NCBI GenBank assembly: GCA_963845535.1
Contig: CAWJSK010000013.1
Coordinates: 192,001 to 256,000 of the forward strand
DNA: 64,000 bases
Direction of reading: 5' to 3'
From: an uncultured Spirochaetota bacterium
GTDB taxonomy: Bacteria; Spirochaetota; Spirochaetia; SZUA-6; Fen-1364
Shown: positions 1-9,624 of the stretch, piece after piece
Numbering within the stretch: the stretch's first letter is position 1
How the letters are laid out: each line of letters begins with the position of its first letter
Translations under genes and position numbers: made by a program
The notes under the pieces: generated by a model
Database searches by the model: none
What the model was told of the DNA's origin: nothing
Seen by the model: the letters and a program-made list of their open reading frames with translations, nothing else

Positions 1-912
1 GTTTTCAAGCCGGCAGAGATCATGTACCTCTCCCGCAAGGTCTTCATCGAGCCGCCCAGGATCGTGACGGAACAGCCCGTGGAAGAAGTGGCGCCGGCTG
101 AGGAGGCCCGGGGAGGGGAGTACACCGGACCCAGCGTCGATGACCTTCGCCGGGAGGCGGAGCTGTTCCGCAAGGACTGGGAAGCGGAGAAGGAGCGCAT
201 GCTCGCCCAGGCCCAGACCGAGGCTGAGAAGATCAAGAAAGAGGCGGAAAAGGTCGCCTTCGACGAGGTCAAGCGCAAGAACAACCAGGCCCAGAAGATC
301 CGCCAGGATGCGGAAGACCAGGCCCAGGTCATCCTTGCAGAGGCCAAGGCCAAGGCCGCGGACTTGGAGAGCGAGATCAAGGCGCGGGTGACGCAGACGG
401 AGCGCGAAGCCTACGAGAAAGGGTACGCGGAAGGCCATGGGAAAGGATATGACGAAGGCAAGGCCGAGGTGGCCCGGCTCGTTGAGAGCCTTCATACCAT
501 CATCACGAAGGCCATCGAGAAGCGTAATGAGATCATCGAAGAGGCGGAGACCCAGATCATCAACCTGGTCCTCCTGATCGTCAAGAAGGTCATCAAGGTC
601 ATTTCCGAGAACCAGAAGAACGTGGTGATCAACAACGTGGTCCAGGCTCTGCGGAAGCTCAAGAGCCGCGGGGACGTCGTGATCCGCGTCAACCTGGCGG
701 ACCTCGAGCTGACCTCGGAGCACGTGAAGGATTTCATGAAGATGGTGGAAAACGTCAAGAGCATCACCGTGCTGGAGGACTCCTCCGTGGACAAGGGCGG
801 CTGCATCATCGAGACGGACTTCGGCCAGATCGATGCGCGCATCTCCTCCCAGCTCCACGAGATCGAGGAGCGCATCCTCGAGCTCATGCCCATCCGCTCC
901 AAGGGCGAGTAG
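1..912 (+). CDS. fliH: Flagellar assembly protein FliH (5' end probably outside the window)
   Basis: Coiled-coil region, GxxxG repeats (AYEKGYAEGHGKGYDEG) and C-terminal GGCIIETDFGQIDARI. The frame is open from base 1 (VFKPAEIM) and the gene lies directly before fliI. Confidence 0.93.
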   Translation, partial: VFKPAEIMYLSRKVFIEPPRIVTEQPVEEVAPAEEARGGEYTGPSVDDLRREAELFRKDWEAEKERMLAQAQTEAEKIKKEAEKVAFDEVKRKNNQAQKIRQDAEDQAQVILAEAKAKAADLESEIKARVTQTEREAYEKGYAEGHGKGYDEGKAEVARLVESLHTIITKAIEKRNEIIEEAETQIINLVLLIVKKVIKVISENQKNVVINNVVQALRKLKSRGDVVIRVNLADLELTSEHVKDFMKMVENVKSITVLEDSSVDKGGCIIETDFGQIDARISSQLHEIEERILELMPIRSKGE

Positions 913-921
913 GAGGGCGGG

Positions 922-2340
922 ATGGGAGTCTTCGACAAGTACACGGCGCGTCTGGAGGACCTGGACCCCATCAAGTTCACCGGGGCGGTGGAGAGGGTGC
1001 AGGGTCTCCTCGTGGAGAGCCTGGGACCGGCCGCGCAGGTGGGAGAGCTGTGCCAGATCCTCGTGCCCCGCGGCAGGGGCGTCGTCTGGGCGGAGGTGGT
1101 GGGGCTGCGGGGAAAGACCGTCCAGCTCATGCCGTACGACGAGATGGAGGGGATCGAGATCGGCAACATGGTGATCGGCATGGGGGAAGCGCTCCGCGTG
1201 CCGGTCTCCGGGAAGCTTCTCGGCAGGACGCTGGACTCCATGGGGAAAGCCATCGACGGCAAGGGAGACATCGGCTCGGATGAATGGTATCCGGCGTTCA
1301 ATTCCCCACCCGACGTCCTGAAAAGACGACGCATCCGTGACGTCATCACCACCGGCATCCGCTCGGTTGATGGTTTGCTGACCGTCGGCAAAGGACAGCG
1401 CATGGGGATCTTCGCGGGAAGCGGCATTGGCAAGTCGACGATCCTCGGCATGATCGCCCGCAATACCTCCGCGGACGTGAACGTCATAGCTTTGATCGGA
1501 GAACGCGGCCGCGAGGTGCGCGAGTTCATAGAGAACGACCTGGGCCCTGAGGGGCTCGCCCGGTCGGTGATCGTGGTTTCCTCCTCCAACAAACCGCCGC
1601 TTGCGAGGATCCGCGGCGCGTACGTCGCCACGGCCATCGCGGAGTATTTCCGCGACACGGGCAAGGACGTGATGTTGCTGTTCGACTCGGTAACCCGATT
1701 CGCTCGGGCGCAGCGGGAGATCGGCCTGGCCATCGGCGAGCCTCCCGCCAACCGCGGTTTCACGCCGTCCGTCTTCTCCCTCCTGCCCAAGCTGCTGGAG
1801 AGAAGCGGCACCTCGGACAAGGGAAGCATCACGGGTTTCTACACCATCCTGGTGGAAGGGGACGACATCGATGACCCCGTCTCCGACAATGTCCGCGGAA
1901 TTCTCGACGGCCACATTGTCCTGACGCGAAAGCTTGCCAGCAGGAACCACTATCCGGCCGTCGACGTCCTGCAATCCATTTCCCGTCTTGCCGTTCAGAT
2001 CACAGGGCCGCGGACGCGGGAGGCCACCGGGTACATCAAGAGGTTGATGGCAACGTACGCCAACGCGGAAGACCTGATCAGCGTGGGCGCATACGTCAAA
2101 GGCAGCAACCCGGAAATCGATGAATCCATTGAGAAGATGCCCGCCATCGACGAGTTTCTCCGGCAGCGCATCGAGGAAAGGGTGTCGCTCTCGGAGACGC
2201 TGAAGCAGGCCGGGGAGATAGCGGGGATCGAGATCCCCGCCGCGGAGCTTGCGGGTACCATGGGCAGCGGCGTCACCACGAGAGCAGCTGAGCCGGCCGC
2301 GGCACGAGCAGGGAATGAGGCGGTTCCAGTTCAGGCTTGA
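922..2340 (+). CDS. fliI: Flagellar export ATPase FliI
   Basis: Walker A GSGIGKS, GERGRE, DSVTRFARAQREIGL and LDGHIVL motifs. Confidence 0.97.
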   Translation: MGVFDKYTARLEDLDPIKFTGAVERVQGLLVESLGPAAQVGELCQILVPRGRGVVWAEVVGLRGKTVQLMPYDEMEGIEIGNMVIGMGEALRVPVSGKLLGRTLDSMGKAIDGKGDIGSDEWYPAFNSPPDVLKRRRIRDVITTGIRSVDGLLTVGKGQRMGIFAGSGIGKSTILGMIARNTSADVNVIALIGERGREVREFIENDLGPEGLARSVIVVSSSNKPPLARIRGAYVATAIAEYFRDTGKDVMLLFDSVTRFARAQREIGLAIGEPPANRGFTPSVFSLLPKLLERSGTSDKGSITGFYTILVEGDDIDDPVSDNVRGILDGHIVLTRKLASRNHYPAVDVLQSISRLAVQITGPRTREATGYIKRLMATYANAEDLISVGAYVKGSNPEIDESIEKMPAIDEFLRQRIEERVSLSETLKQAGEIAGIEIPAAELAGTMGSGVTTRAAEPAAARAGNEAVPVQA

Positions 2341-2755
2341 GCGCTTCCTGGAGCTCAGACGCTGGAAGGAGCGCGAGTGGGAGCTGGCCCTGGCGAAAAA
2401 GCTCGGGGAATGCCTCCTGCTGGAAAGGCGGATCGCCGAGATAGCGGCGGAAGTCTCCGCGAGCTTCCTTTCAGAGTTCCGCACGGGAAGCGCCATCGAC
2501 ATCGACTCCATGATGCGTCGGGAGCTGTACGTTCAGAGGCTTGTTCGGGAGAGAGAGCGCACCCAGGAGACGCTGGCGCAGAAGCGGACCGAGCTGGAGG
2601 AGGTGCGGGCCGGATACCGGGAGGCCGCCAAGGCCCGCAAGGTGCTGGATAAGCTGAAAGATCGCCAGGCTGCCGCTTCGCATGACCGGCAGATTGACGA
2701 AGAGTTCAAGTCCATTGATGAGATAAACACGGCTGCGGCGACGCGAAGGACCTGA
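2315..2755 (+). CDS. fliJ: Flagellar export protein FliJ
   Basis: ATG at 2315 gives MRRFQFRLERFLELR..., a 146 aa coiled-coil protein directly after fliI. Confidence 0.88.
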   Translation: MRRFQFRLERFLELRRWKEREWELALAKKLGECLLLERRIAEIAAEVSASFLSEFRTGSAIDIDSMMRRELYVQRLVRERERTQETLAQKRTELEEVRAGYREAAKARKVLDKLKDRQAAASHDRQIDEEFKSIDEINTAAATRRT

Positions 2756-2767
2756 TAAGGAGCGCCC

Positions 2768-3391
2768 ATGGCAGAGTTCAGTGAAGTTCGGCCGGGTTCA
2801 CGGATCTTCATCCTCTTCCTCCTTCTCATCGTCCTCACTCTCGGTGGGCTGATCTGGTTCGACTACCTGGGGATCATCGACGCAAAGTCCGTGCTCTCCC
2901 CGGTCTACCAGGCCCTCGGCGTCCAGCGGCGCAGCGCCGTGGCGAGCGCGGATGATCCGAACCTCCTGGACAAGGAGCGCCTTGCCAAGCAGGCGGAGGC
3001 TCTTGTCCTCCGTCAGCAGGACCTGGACACCACGGCGGCAGACCTCTCCCGCAAGGAGAAGGAGCTCGACCAGCTTGGGCAGGACCTGAACGACAAGGAA
3101 GCCGCTCTCAGCGCCCGGGAAAAAGCATTTAATGACCGGGTAAAAGCGTTCGAGAATAGAAGAGTCAACCTCGAGCAGAACGCGAGGTACCTGACCAGCA
3201 TGCCGCCAACGAACGCGCGCGACATACTGATGAAGATGGAAGATCAGGACGTGATCGACATCTTCCGAATTGTGGACGCGCAGGCGCAGGCGAGCGGTCA
3301 GGATTCCCTGGTGCCCTACTGGCTGTCAATCATGCCGGCCGACAGGGCAGCCACCTTGCAGCGCAAGATGGCCAGGAACACGGGAGGTTAG
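2768..3391 (+). CDS. flbB: Periplasmic-flagellum collar protein FlbB
   Basis: N-terminal TM ending GGLIWFDYLG, a coiled coil, then a C-terminal MPP...DVIDIFR...YWLSIMPADRAA domain. Located between fliJ and fliK as in spirochaetes. Confidence 0.88.
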   Translation: MAEFSEVRPGSRIFILFLLLIVLTLGGLIWFDYLGIIDAKSVLSPVYQALGVQRRSAVASADDPNLLDKERLAKQAEALVLRQQDLDTTAADLSRKEKELDQLGQDLNDKEAALSAREKAFNDRVKAFENRRVNLEQNARYLTSMPPTNARDILMKMEDQDVIDIFRIVDAQAQASGQDSLVPYWLSIMPADRAATLQRKMARNTGG

Positions 3392-3393
3392 GA

Positions 3394-4617
3394 GTGCAGG
3401 GAGCAGCGCCGGCGGCGCTCATCAGCAAGAACGCGAATCCCGCAAAGACGTCCGGCAAACACGGCGTCCAGGCGCACGCAAAAACTGCATTCCAGGCCAT
3501 CCTCGGCTCAAAAGCGGCCGCCATGAAGAAAGGCGGGTTGAACGACACCGCAGCCACCAAGGCAGCGGCCGCCACGGCAGTATCTGCCAAGGCAGCGGTC
3601 GCCAAGGCCGCAGCCGCCAAAACGTCCCTGCTGAAAGCTTTGGCCAAAAACGCGGCATCGGAGTCAGCCAAGACCCATGCGGACGGAATGGCCGCGGCCT
3701 TGGCAAAGAAAACCGCCGCAGCCGGCCTTGGGAAACAGCACATTCTGGAGGGCCTGCCCCTCGCTCAACACCTTGCCGCCGCGAATGCGGCTTCCCAAGC
3801 CGAGGACCAGAAGAAGAAAACGGCAAAAACCCAGCATCATACGGACGAAATGGCACAGGCCGTCTCTTTGACTGCGAGCTCCCAGCCGGGCATCAAGAAC
3901 ATGCCGAAACCGGAGCCTGCAAAGGCCCCGGCAACCGGGCAGGCAGCGGCAATCCATGCGGCTCCGCCCCACAAGACCCCCGAGCTCCGCGTCCACGTCG
4001 TTGACGCCAGGAAAAAGCACTCCGACCAGCGCGCTGATGATGCTTCAGCGGACCTGAAGGCGCTGAAGATCGCCGCCACGGAAAAGGACGCTGCCAACCC
4101 CGTGGTCGTGGTCAAGGATCCCCCCGCTCCCGACAGCGGACCGCGTGAGGCGCACAGGCAGGCCCCGGCGCCGCAGGCCTCCTTTGAGGGCGCCATCCAA
4201 CATCTTCGAGAAATGGCGGGGTCCGAGCTGACGCGAGCCGCGGGCATCATCATCCGCGACGGCGGAGGTGAGATAAAGCTCACCCTGAAACCGGAGTCCC
4301 TCGGAAGTGTTCGCATTCGCATGAATCTTGTCGATAATGCCATTGAAGGACGGATCATCGTGGACAACGCCGCGGTGAAGCACGCCTTCGAAGGGAGCCT
4401 GGATTCCCTCATGAGGGCGCTGACCGCCGAGGGGTTCCAGACAGCGTCCCTGCAGGTTTCCGTGGGCGGGCAGAACGCGGGTGGCGGCAGGCCCGACAAG
4501 GAGCCCCTGCCGCGCTCGCAGCGCGTCGAGCCTCTGCGGGCCGTGGCGGGGGATTGGAACGTGCCCGGGGTGGAGAACCTCAGCATGGGTGATCTCCTGG
4601 TGAACCTGTTCGTATAG
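3394..4617 (+). CDS. fliK: Flagellar hook-length control protein FliK
   Basis: Low-complexity A/K-rich N-terminus and C-terminal GEIKLTLKPESLGSVRI domain. Lies upstream of flgD. Confidence 0.88.
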   Translation: MQGAAPAALISKNANPAKTSGKHGVQAHAKTAFQAILGSKAAAMKKGGLNDTAATKAAAATAVSAKAAVAKAAAAKTSLLKALAKNAASESAKTHADGMAAALAKKTAAAGLGKQHILEGLPLAQHLAAANAASQAEDQKKKTAKTQHHTDEMAQAVSLTASSQPGIKNMPKPEPAKAPATGQAAAIHAAPPHKTPELRVHVVDARKKHSDQRADDASADLKALKIAATEKDAANPVVVVKDPPAPDSGPREAHRQAPAPQASFEGAIQHLREMAGSELTRAAGIIIRDGGGEIKLTLKPESLGSVRIRMNLVDNAIEGRIIVDNAAVKHAFEGSLDSLMRALTAEGFQTASLQVSVGGQNAGGGRPDKEPLPRSQRVEPLRAVAGDWNVPGVENLSMGDLLVNLFV

Positions 4618-4626
4618 GAGGAGCAG

Positions 4627-5082
4627 ATGGATCTGAACCTGACGATGTCCGCGCCGGACATGCTCAAGCTCAACCGCGACGTGGACGCCTTCAACAAGTC
4701 GATCTCCAGCTCGCCGGCGAAAAAGCCCAATGAGGGCATGGACCGCAACGATTTCCTGAAGATCCTCATCACGCAGCTCAGTCACCAGGACCCCACGCAG
4801 CCCGTGGAGGACAAGGAGTTCATCGCGCAGATGGCGCAGTTCTCCAGCCTCGAGCAGATCACGAACATGAACGAAGGCCTCTCGAAGGTGGCGGACCTCG
4901 TGTCGCGCAGCCAGGCCCTCAACGTCCTCGGGAGCTCGGTGGACATTGCGGACGGGGAAGCAAAGGTATCAGGCGTCGTGGACGCGGTGACGACCGGGGA
5001 TTTCCCGCAGGTCCTTGTCAACGGAAAATATTACGATTTCTCCCAGGTCCAGAAGATCAAGAGAGCAGCGATTGAGGAGTAA
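4627..5082 (+). CDS. flgD: Flagellar hook capping protein FlgD
   Basis: DFLKILITQLSHQDPTQP...FIAQMAQFSSLEQ motif. Confidence 0.96.
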   Translation: MDLNLTMSAPDMLKLNRDVDAFNKSISSSPAKKPNEGMDRNDFLKILITQLSHQDPTQPVEDKEFIAQMAQFSSLEQITNMNEGLSKVADLVSRSQALNVLGSSVDIADGEAKVSGVVDAVTTGDFPQVLVNGKYYDFSQVQKIKRAAIEE

Positions 5083-5088
5083 CAGCAT

Positions 5089-6477
5089 ATGATGCGGTCC
5101 CTTTGGTCCGGCGTATCGGGTCTGGAGAATCACCAGACGCGGATGGACGTGCTTGGCAACAACATTGCCAACGTGAACACCAACGGCTTCAAGAAGGGCC
5201 GCGTGACGTTCCAGGACATGCTCTCCCAGACGCTCTCCGGCGCGGCGAAGCCCACGGACCAGGTGGGCGGCGTCAACCCGCAGCAGGTCGGCCTGGGCAT
5301 GATGGTCGCCACCATAGACACCATCCACACGCAGGGCTCCCTGCAGTCCACGGGCGTGATGACGGACGTGGCCATCCAGGGCAACGGGTTCTTCGTGCTG
5401 AAGGACGGGAACAAGCAGTACTACACCCGAGACGGGGCCTTCGCTCTGGACCAGAACGGCACGCTGGTGAACCCGGCAAACGGCAGGCGCGTGCAGGGTT
5501 GGATGGCGCAGACCGTGGGCGGCCAGACTTTCGTGAACAACGCCGCGGACCTGCAGGACCTGCAGATTCCCGTGGGCAGCAAGGACCCCGCGCGGGCAAC
5601 GGCGAACGTCTTCTTTGCCAGCAACCTGGACAAGCGGACTCCCGAGATCCCCGCTGGCGCAACCGCCCAGACCATCCAGGAAGGGACCTGGCAGACGAGC
5701 TTCGACATCTATGATTCCTTTGGCCGCGTCCACAAGCTGCAGGTCAACTTCACGAAGGTGCCGGGCGTCGCAAACCGATGGCAGGGACAGGTCCAGGTGG
5801 ACCCCGCCGCCACGGCTACCACCAACCCGCGCGTTCAGATCGGCAACGGAGCGGCCGCGGGGAATACGTTCTTGATCGACTTCGACAACTACGGCGCGCT
5901 CGCGGACGTGCGTGACGCGGCGGGGAACATCATCAACTCGGGCCAGCTCCAGGCTCAGGCGTCCTACGACGTTCCTGATGCCACACTGCCGCCCGGGCAG
6001 GCCACCGTGCGCCAGACGTTCAACCTCAACCTCGGCCAGGTGGGCGCCTACCGGGATGCAATCACGCAGTTCGGGGACACCAGCTCAACGAAAGCCGTCC
6101 GACAGGACGGGTACACCATGGGATACCTGGAGAGCTTCAAGATCGACCAGTCCGGCGTCATCACGGGCGTCTACACCAACGGCTCCAACAGGGTGATCGG
6201 ACAGATCGGCCTTGCCAGCTTCACCAATCCCGGCGGCCTCGAGAAGGACGGAGAGAACACCTACGTGGTCTCCAACAACTCAGGCGAGCCGAACGTCGGC
6301 CCTTCCGGGTCCGCGGGCAAGGGAAAGATCATTGCGGGGACGCTGGAAATGTCGAACGTCGACCTCGCGGAACAGTTCACTGACATGATCGTGACGGAGA
6401 GAGGCTTCCAGGCGAACTCCCGGACCATTACGACCTCGGATCAGATGCTCCAGGAGCTTCTGACCCTGAAGAGGTAA
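5089..6477 (+). CDS. flgE: Flagellar hook protein FlgE (spirochaete type)
   Basis: N-terminal GNNIANVNT and C-terminal [12 protein letters not shown] motifs, 462 aa. Confidence 0.97.
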   Translation: MMRSLWSGVSGLENHQTRMDVLGNNIANVNTNGFKKGRVTFQDMLSQTLSGAAKPTDQVGGVNPQQVGLGMMVATIDTIHTQGSLQSTGVMTDVAIQGNGFFVLKDGNKQYYTRDGAFALDQNGTLVNPANGRRVQGWMAQTVGGQTFVNNAADLQDLQIPVGSKDPARATANVFFASNLDKRTPEIPAGATAQTIQEGTWQTSFDIYDSFGRVHKLQVNFTKVPGVANRWQGQVQVDPAATATTNPRVQIGNGAAAGNTFLIDFDNYGALADVRDAAGNIINSGQLQAQASYDVPDATLPPGQATVRQTFNLNLGQVGAYRDAITQFGDTSSTKAVRQDGYTMGYLESFKIDQSGVITGVYTNGSNRVIGQIGLASFTNPGGLEKDGENTYVVSNNSGEPNVGPSGSAGKGKIIAGTLEMSNVDLAEQFTDMIVTERGFQANSRTITTSDQMLQELLTLKR

Positions 6478-6522
6478 GGGAGAGACCATGAGAATCCTCT
6501 CCCCGACGTAGAGAGGACATGA

Positions 6523-6720
6523 ATGGTCGAAGTGACGAGGCTGGACGGGAAGACGTACTACGTCAACCCGCACCAGATCGAGTACATCGAGTGCAACCCC
6601 GACACCACGCTCGTGATGGCGTCGGGAAAGAGGCTGGTAGTCCGAGAGGACTACCAGACTGTTTTTGAGCGCATCGTGGAGTACCGGAAGCTGATCGGGG
6701 CTTTCAAGAGCGAAGACTAG
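6523..6720 (+). CDS. flbD: Flagellar protein FlbD (SwrD-like)
   Basis: MVEVTRLDG...VNPHQIEYIECNPDT signature, 65 aa, follows flgE. Confidence 0.92.
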   Translation: MVEVTRLDGKTYYVNPHQIEYIECNPDTTLVMASGKRLVVREDYQTVFERIVEYRKLIGAFKSED

Positions 6721-6757
6721 CTGATGCGCCGCCCCCCAGCTCCCACGTGCCCCCAGG

Positions 6758-6787
6758 TTGCGCTTCAATGTATATTCGTGTTACTAT
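6758..6787 (+). promoter_or_regulatory. Putative sigma70 promoter upstream of fliL
   Basis: TTGCGC (6758-63), 18-nt spacer, TACTAT (6782-87) with an extended -10 TG, in an AT-richer patch. Confidence 0.55.
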
Positions 6788-6807
6788 GACAAAAGGGGGG
6801 GGAGGGG

Positions 6808-7362
6808 ATGGCTGACGAACAGCAGGACATGAATCTTGAAGATGTCGGCGCTGGCGTAGAAGCAGCCGGTGGTCCCCGCCGGGGAGGGCTGTTCTCCGGC
6901 CTGATGCTGAACATCCTCAAGTGGGCGGCAATCGGGGTGGGGGTCGTAATCCTCGTTGTCACCACCACGGTTGTCACTTTCAACGCCCTCAAGAAGGGTA
7001 CGGCGTCCCAGAACCTCGCCGCCGTCTCACCGGCCTACCAGACCAAAGAACCGCCGCTTGCCTACTACGACAACATCGACCAGATCAGGGGACAGACCGC
7101 GGATGAGACTCCCGCAGTGTACCTGCTCCGGGTGAGCCTCGGCTATGACCCGGCGGACAAGCAGATCAGCGTCGAAATAGGCCTGCGGGAGCGGGAGATC
7201 CAGAACCTTCTTTTGAAATATGTCTCCTCGAAGACCGTGACGGAGTTGAGCCCTGTGCACTATGACGACTTGCAGGAGGGCATGAAGGACGCAATCAACG
7301 CCCTCATGACCACCGGCAAGATCAAGAGCGTGGTATTCCGCGAGTTCACGGTGGTGAAGTAG
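6808..7362 (+). CDS. fliL: Flagellar basal body-associated protein FliL
   Basis: Single N-terminal TM, IRGQTADE motif, C-terminal INALMTTGKIKSVVF. Lies directly before fliM. Confidence 0.88.
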   Translation: MADEQQDMNLEDVGAGVEAAGGPRRGGLFSGLMLNILKWAAIGVGVVILVVTTTVVTFNALKKGTASQNLAAVSPAYQTKEPPLAYYDNIDQIRGQTADETPAVYLLRVSLGYDPADKQISVEIGLREREIQNLLLKYVSSKTVTELSPVHYDDLQEGMKDAINALMTTGKIKSVVFREFTVVK

Positions 7363-7363
7363 G

Positions 7364-8395
7364 ATGACGGAAGTCCTTTCCCAGGACGAGATAGATCAGC
7401 TTCTCACCGCAATCTCATCCGGTGAAGTGGCCACGGAAGAAATCAGCGCCCCGGCGGACCAGCGCAAGATCAAGATCTATGACTTCAAGCGCCCCGACAA
7501 GTTCTCCAAGGACCAGATCCGCACCGTGTCCATCATGCATGAGACTTTTGCCCGCCAGACCACCACGGCGCTTTCCTCCCAGTTGCGCAGCCTTGCCCAC
7601 GTGCACGTGGCCTCCGTGGACCAGCTCACCTATGAGGAGTTCATCCGTTCCATCCCCAACCCCACCACGATTGCGGTCATCAACATGGACCCGTTGAAGG
7701 GGTCCGCAATCCTGGAGATAGACCCCGCGGTGACTTTCTCCATCATCGACAGGCTCTTCGGCGGGCAGGGTGAGGGAGCCAAGTTCACGCGTGAGTTGAC
7801 GGACATCGAGGCGTCCGTGATCGAAGGGATCATTGTCCGTATCCTCGGAAACCTCCGTGAGGCATGGGCAACGGTCATAGACCTGCGGCCCCGGCTTGGC
7901 CAGATCGAGACGAACCCGCAGTTCGCGCAGATCGTGCCGCCTTCGGAGATGGTGGTGCTGGTGACGCTGGAGACGAAGGTCGGGGAAGTTGAAGGGATGA
8001 TGAACTTCTGCATCCCCTATCTCACCATAGAGCCCATCATCCCCAAGCTTTCGGCGCAGTACGTGTATTCCTCCATGCGGCGCGGGACCACCACGGAGAA
8101 CCTGAGCCTTCTCCGTGACCGGCTGGCGGGGATCGAGATAGCGCTCGTGGCGGAGGTCGGCTCCATCGATATCATGATGCGCGACGTCCTGGCCCTCCGC
8201 GTGGGGGACATCATCAGGCTCCAGGACGTGCGGGTGAGCGACCCCCTGATGCTGAAGATCGGGGACCGCCGCAAGTTCCTGTGCCGGCCGGGCGTCGTGG
8301 GCAACAAGATCGCCGTGCAGGTGCTGAAGAAGCTGGAAGACATCGAGCAGGCGGAGTTCGAGGAGCTCGTCATGGATGAGGGAGAGGAAGCATGA
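7364..8395 (+). CDS. fliM: Flagellar motor switch protein FliM
   Basis: LSQDEIDQLL CheY-binding peptide, YDFKRPDKFSKDQ motif and C-terminal SpoA domain. Confidence 0.97.
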   Translation: MTEVLSQDEIDQLLTAISSGEVATEEISAPADQRKIKIYDFKRPDKFSKDQIRTVSIMHETFARQTTTALSSQLRSLAHVHVASVDQLTYEEFIRSIPNPTTIAVINMDPLKGSAILEIDPAVTFSIIDRLFGGQGEGAKFTRELTDIEASVIEGIIVRILGNLREAWATVIDLRPRLGQIETNPQFAQIVPPSEMVVLVTLETKVGEVEGMMNFCIPYLTIEPIIPKLSAQYVYSSMRRGTTTENLSLLRDRLAGIEIALVAEVGSIDIMMRDVLALRVGDIIRLQDVRVSDPLMLKIGDRRKFLCRPGVVGNKIAVQVLKKLEDIEQAEFEELVMDEGEEA

Positions 8396-9525
8396 GTGAC
8401 GGATCACTCTCGCAAGACGAGATAGACGCCCTTTTACAGGGTACGGACACCATCGAGATGGACACCTCGGGCGCCGCGGGCGCCTCTCCCATGTCTGATG
8501 CGGAGAGGAACGCGCTGCAGGAGATGCTGCGGGGGGTCACGGAGAGCCAGGGCTCGAACCTCTCTATCCTGACCGGCAAGACCGTGACCATTGGGGATCC
8601 GAGCGTCAAGGTCCGTCCCGTGTCCGAGGTGCTCGGAGGCCAGCCGGAAGACGTCGTGGACGTGCGCGTGGACCTGACGGACGGCGTGCATGGGGAGCAC
8701 TCGTACATCGTCCCGGCCTCCATTGCGGGGACCATCGCAGGCTTGATGATGGGACAGCAGGGCGGGGAGCTGGATGAGGCGTCCCTGTCCGCCGTTTCGG
8801 AGGCCATCTCCCAGATCACCGGGACGGCAGCTACGGCAATCGGCAACCGCGTGAGCCGGGTGGTCAAGACGGCGCCGCCGGACCTCCGCCGCACAAAGAG
8901 GCAGCAGGCGCGCGTGCCGCAGGGTGACGTGTGCGTCACGGTGGACTACCCGATGTCCATCGAGGGTTTCCCCACGGCAACGCTGACGGAGGTCTTCTCC
9001 CTGTCTCTCGCTTCGGAGATCGTCTCCCTGGCAAGCGGCGCGGACGCGGCCCAGCCCGCGGCCGCATTCGGGGCTCCGGCGGCGGGCCGGGGAGCCGCGC
9101 GTTCAGCGGCGCGTCCCGCGCAGCCCGCGGGCGCGGGAGACCTGGGTTTCCAGCAGACGTTCGGGCAGGCTTTCGGAGGACCGGCCCAGGGGCCGGCCAT
9201 GGCCCCGCCGAACGTGCAGCCCATCCAGTTCGCCAACCTGCAGGGCGCGCCCGCGAGCGGAGAGCAGGGGAACATCGGTCTTCTCATGGACGTCTACATG
9301 GAGATGACGGTGGAGCTGGGACGCACGCGCAAGAGGATCAAGGACATCCTGGGGATAGGGGAAGGGACCATCATAGAGCTGGACAAGCTTGCCGGTGAAC
9401 CGGTGGACATCCTCGTGAACCACAAGCTGATTGCCAAGGGAGAAGTCGTGGTCATTGATGAAAACTTCGGTGTTCGCGTGACAGAGATCGTTTCGCAGAT
9501 GGACAGGATGAACGAGTTGACATAG
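8392..9525 (+). CDS. fliY: Flagellar motor switch protein FliY (CheC-like domain plus FliN domain)
   Basis: LSQDEIDALL N-terminus, a middle CheC-like domain, and C-terminal VELGRT...GEVVVIDENFGVRVTEI. Confidence 0.92.
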   Translation: MSDGSLSQDEIDALLQGTDTIEMDTSGAAGASPMSDAERNALQEMLRGVTESQGSNLSILTGKTVTIGDPSVKVRPVSEVLGGQPEDVVDVRVDLTDGVHGEHSYIVPASIAGTIAGLMMGQQGGELDEASLSAVSEAISQITGTAATAIGNRVSRVVKTAPPDLRRTKRQQARVPQGDVCVTVDYPMSIEGFPTATLTEVFSLSLASEIVSLASGADAAQPAAAFGAPAAGRGAARSAARPAQPAGAGDLGFQQTFGQAFGGPAQGPAMAPPNVQPIQFANLQGAPASGEQGNIGLLMDVYMEMTVELGRTRKRIKDILGIGEGTIIELDKLAGEPVDILVNHKLIAKGEVVVIDENFGVRVTEIVSQMDRMNELT

Positions 9526-9624
9526 CGCCGTCAGGGTTCGGCCGTGGAACGCAGGGCTGACGCGTTCCGCGCGCACCGCTGACGGCGCATCACACATTTT
9601 CAGATTTTATCTGGGAGGGGGAAT

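Noticed and set aside
3394..3900. Ala/Lys-rich histone-like region
   Set aside because: It is the ordinary low-complexity N-terminus of FliK.
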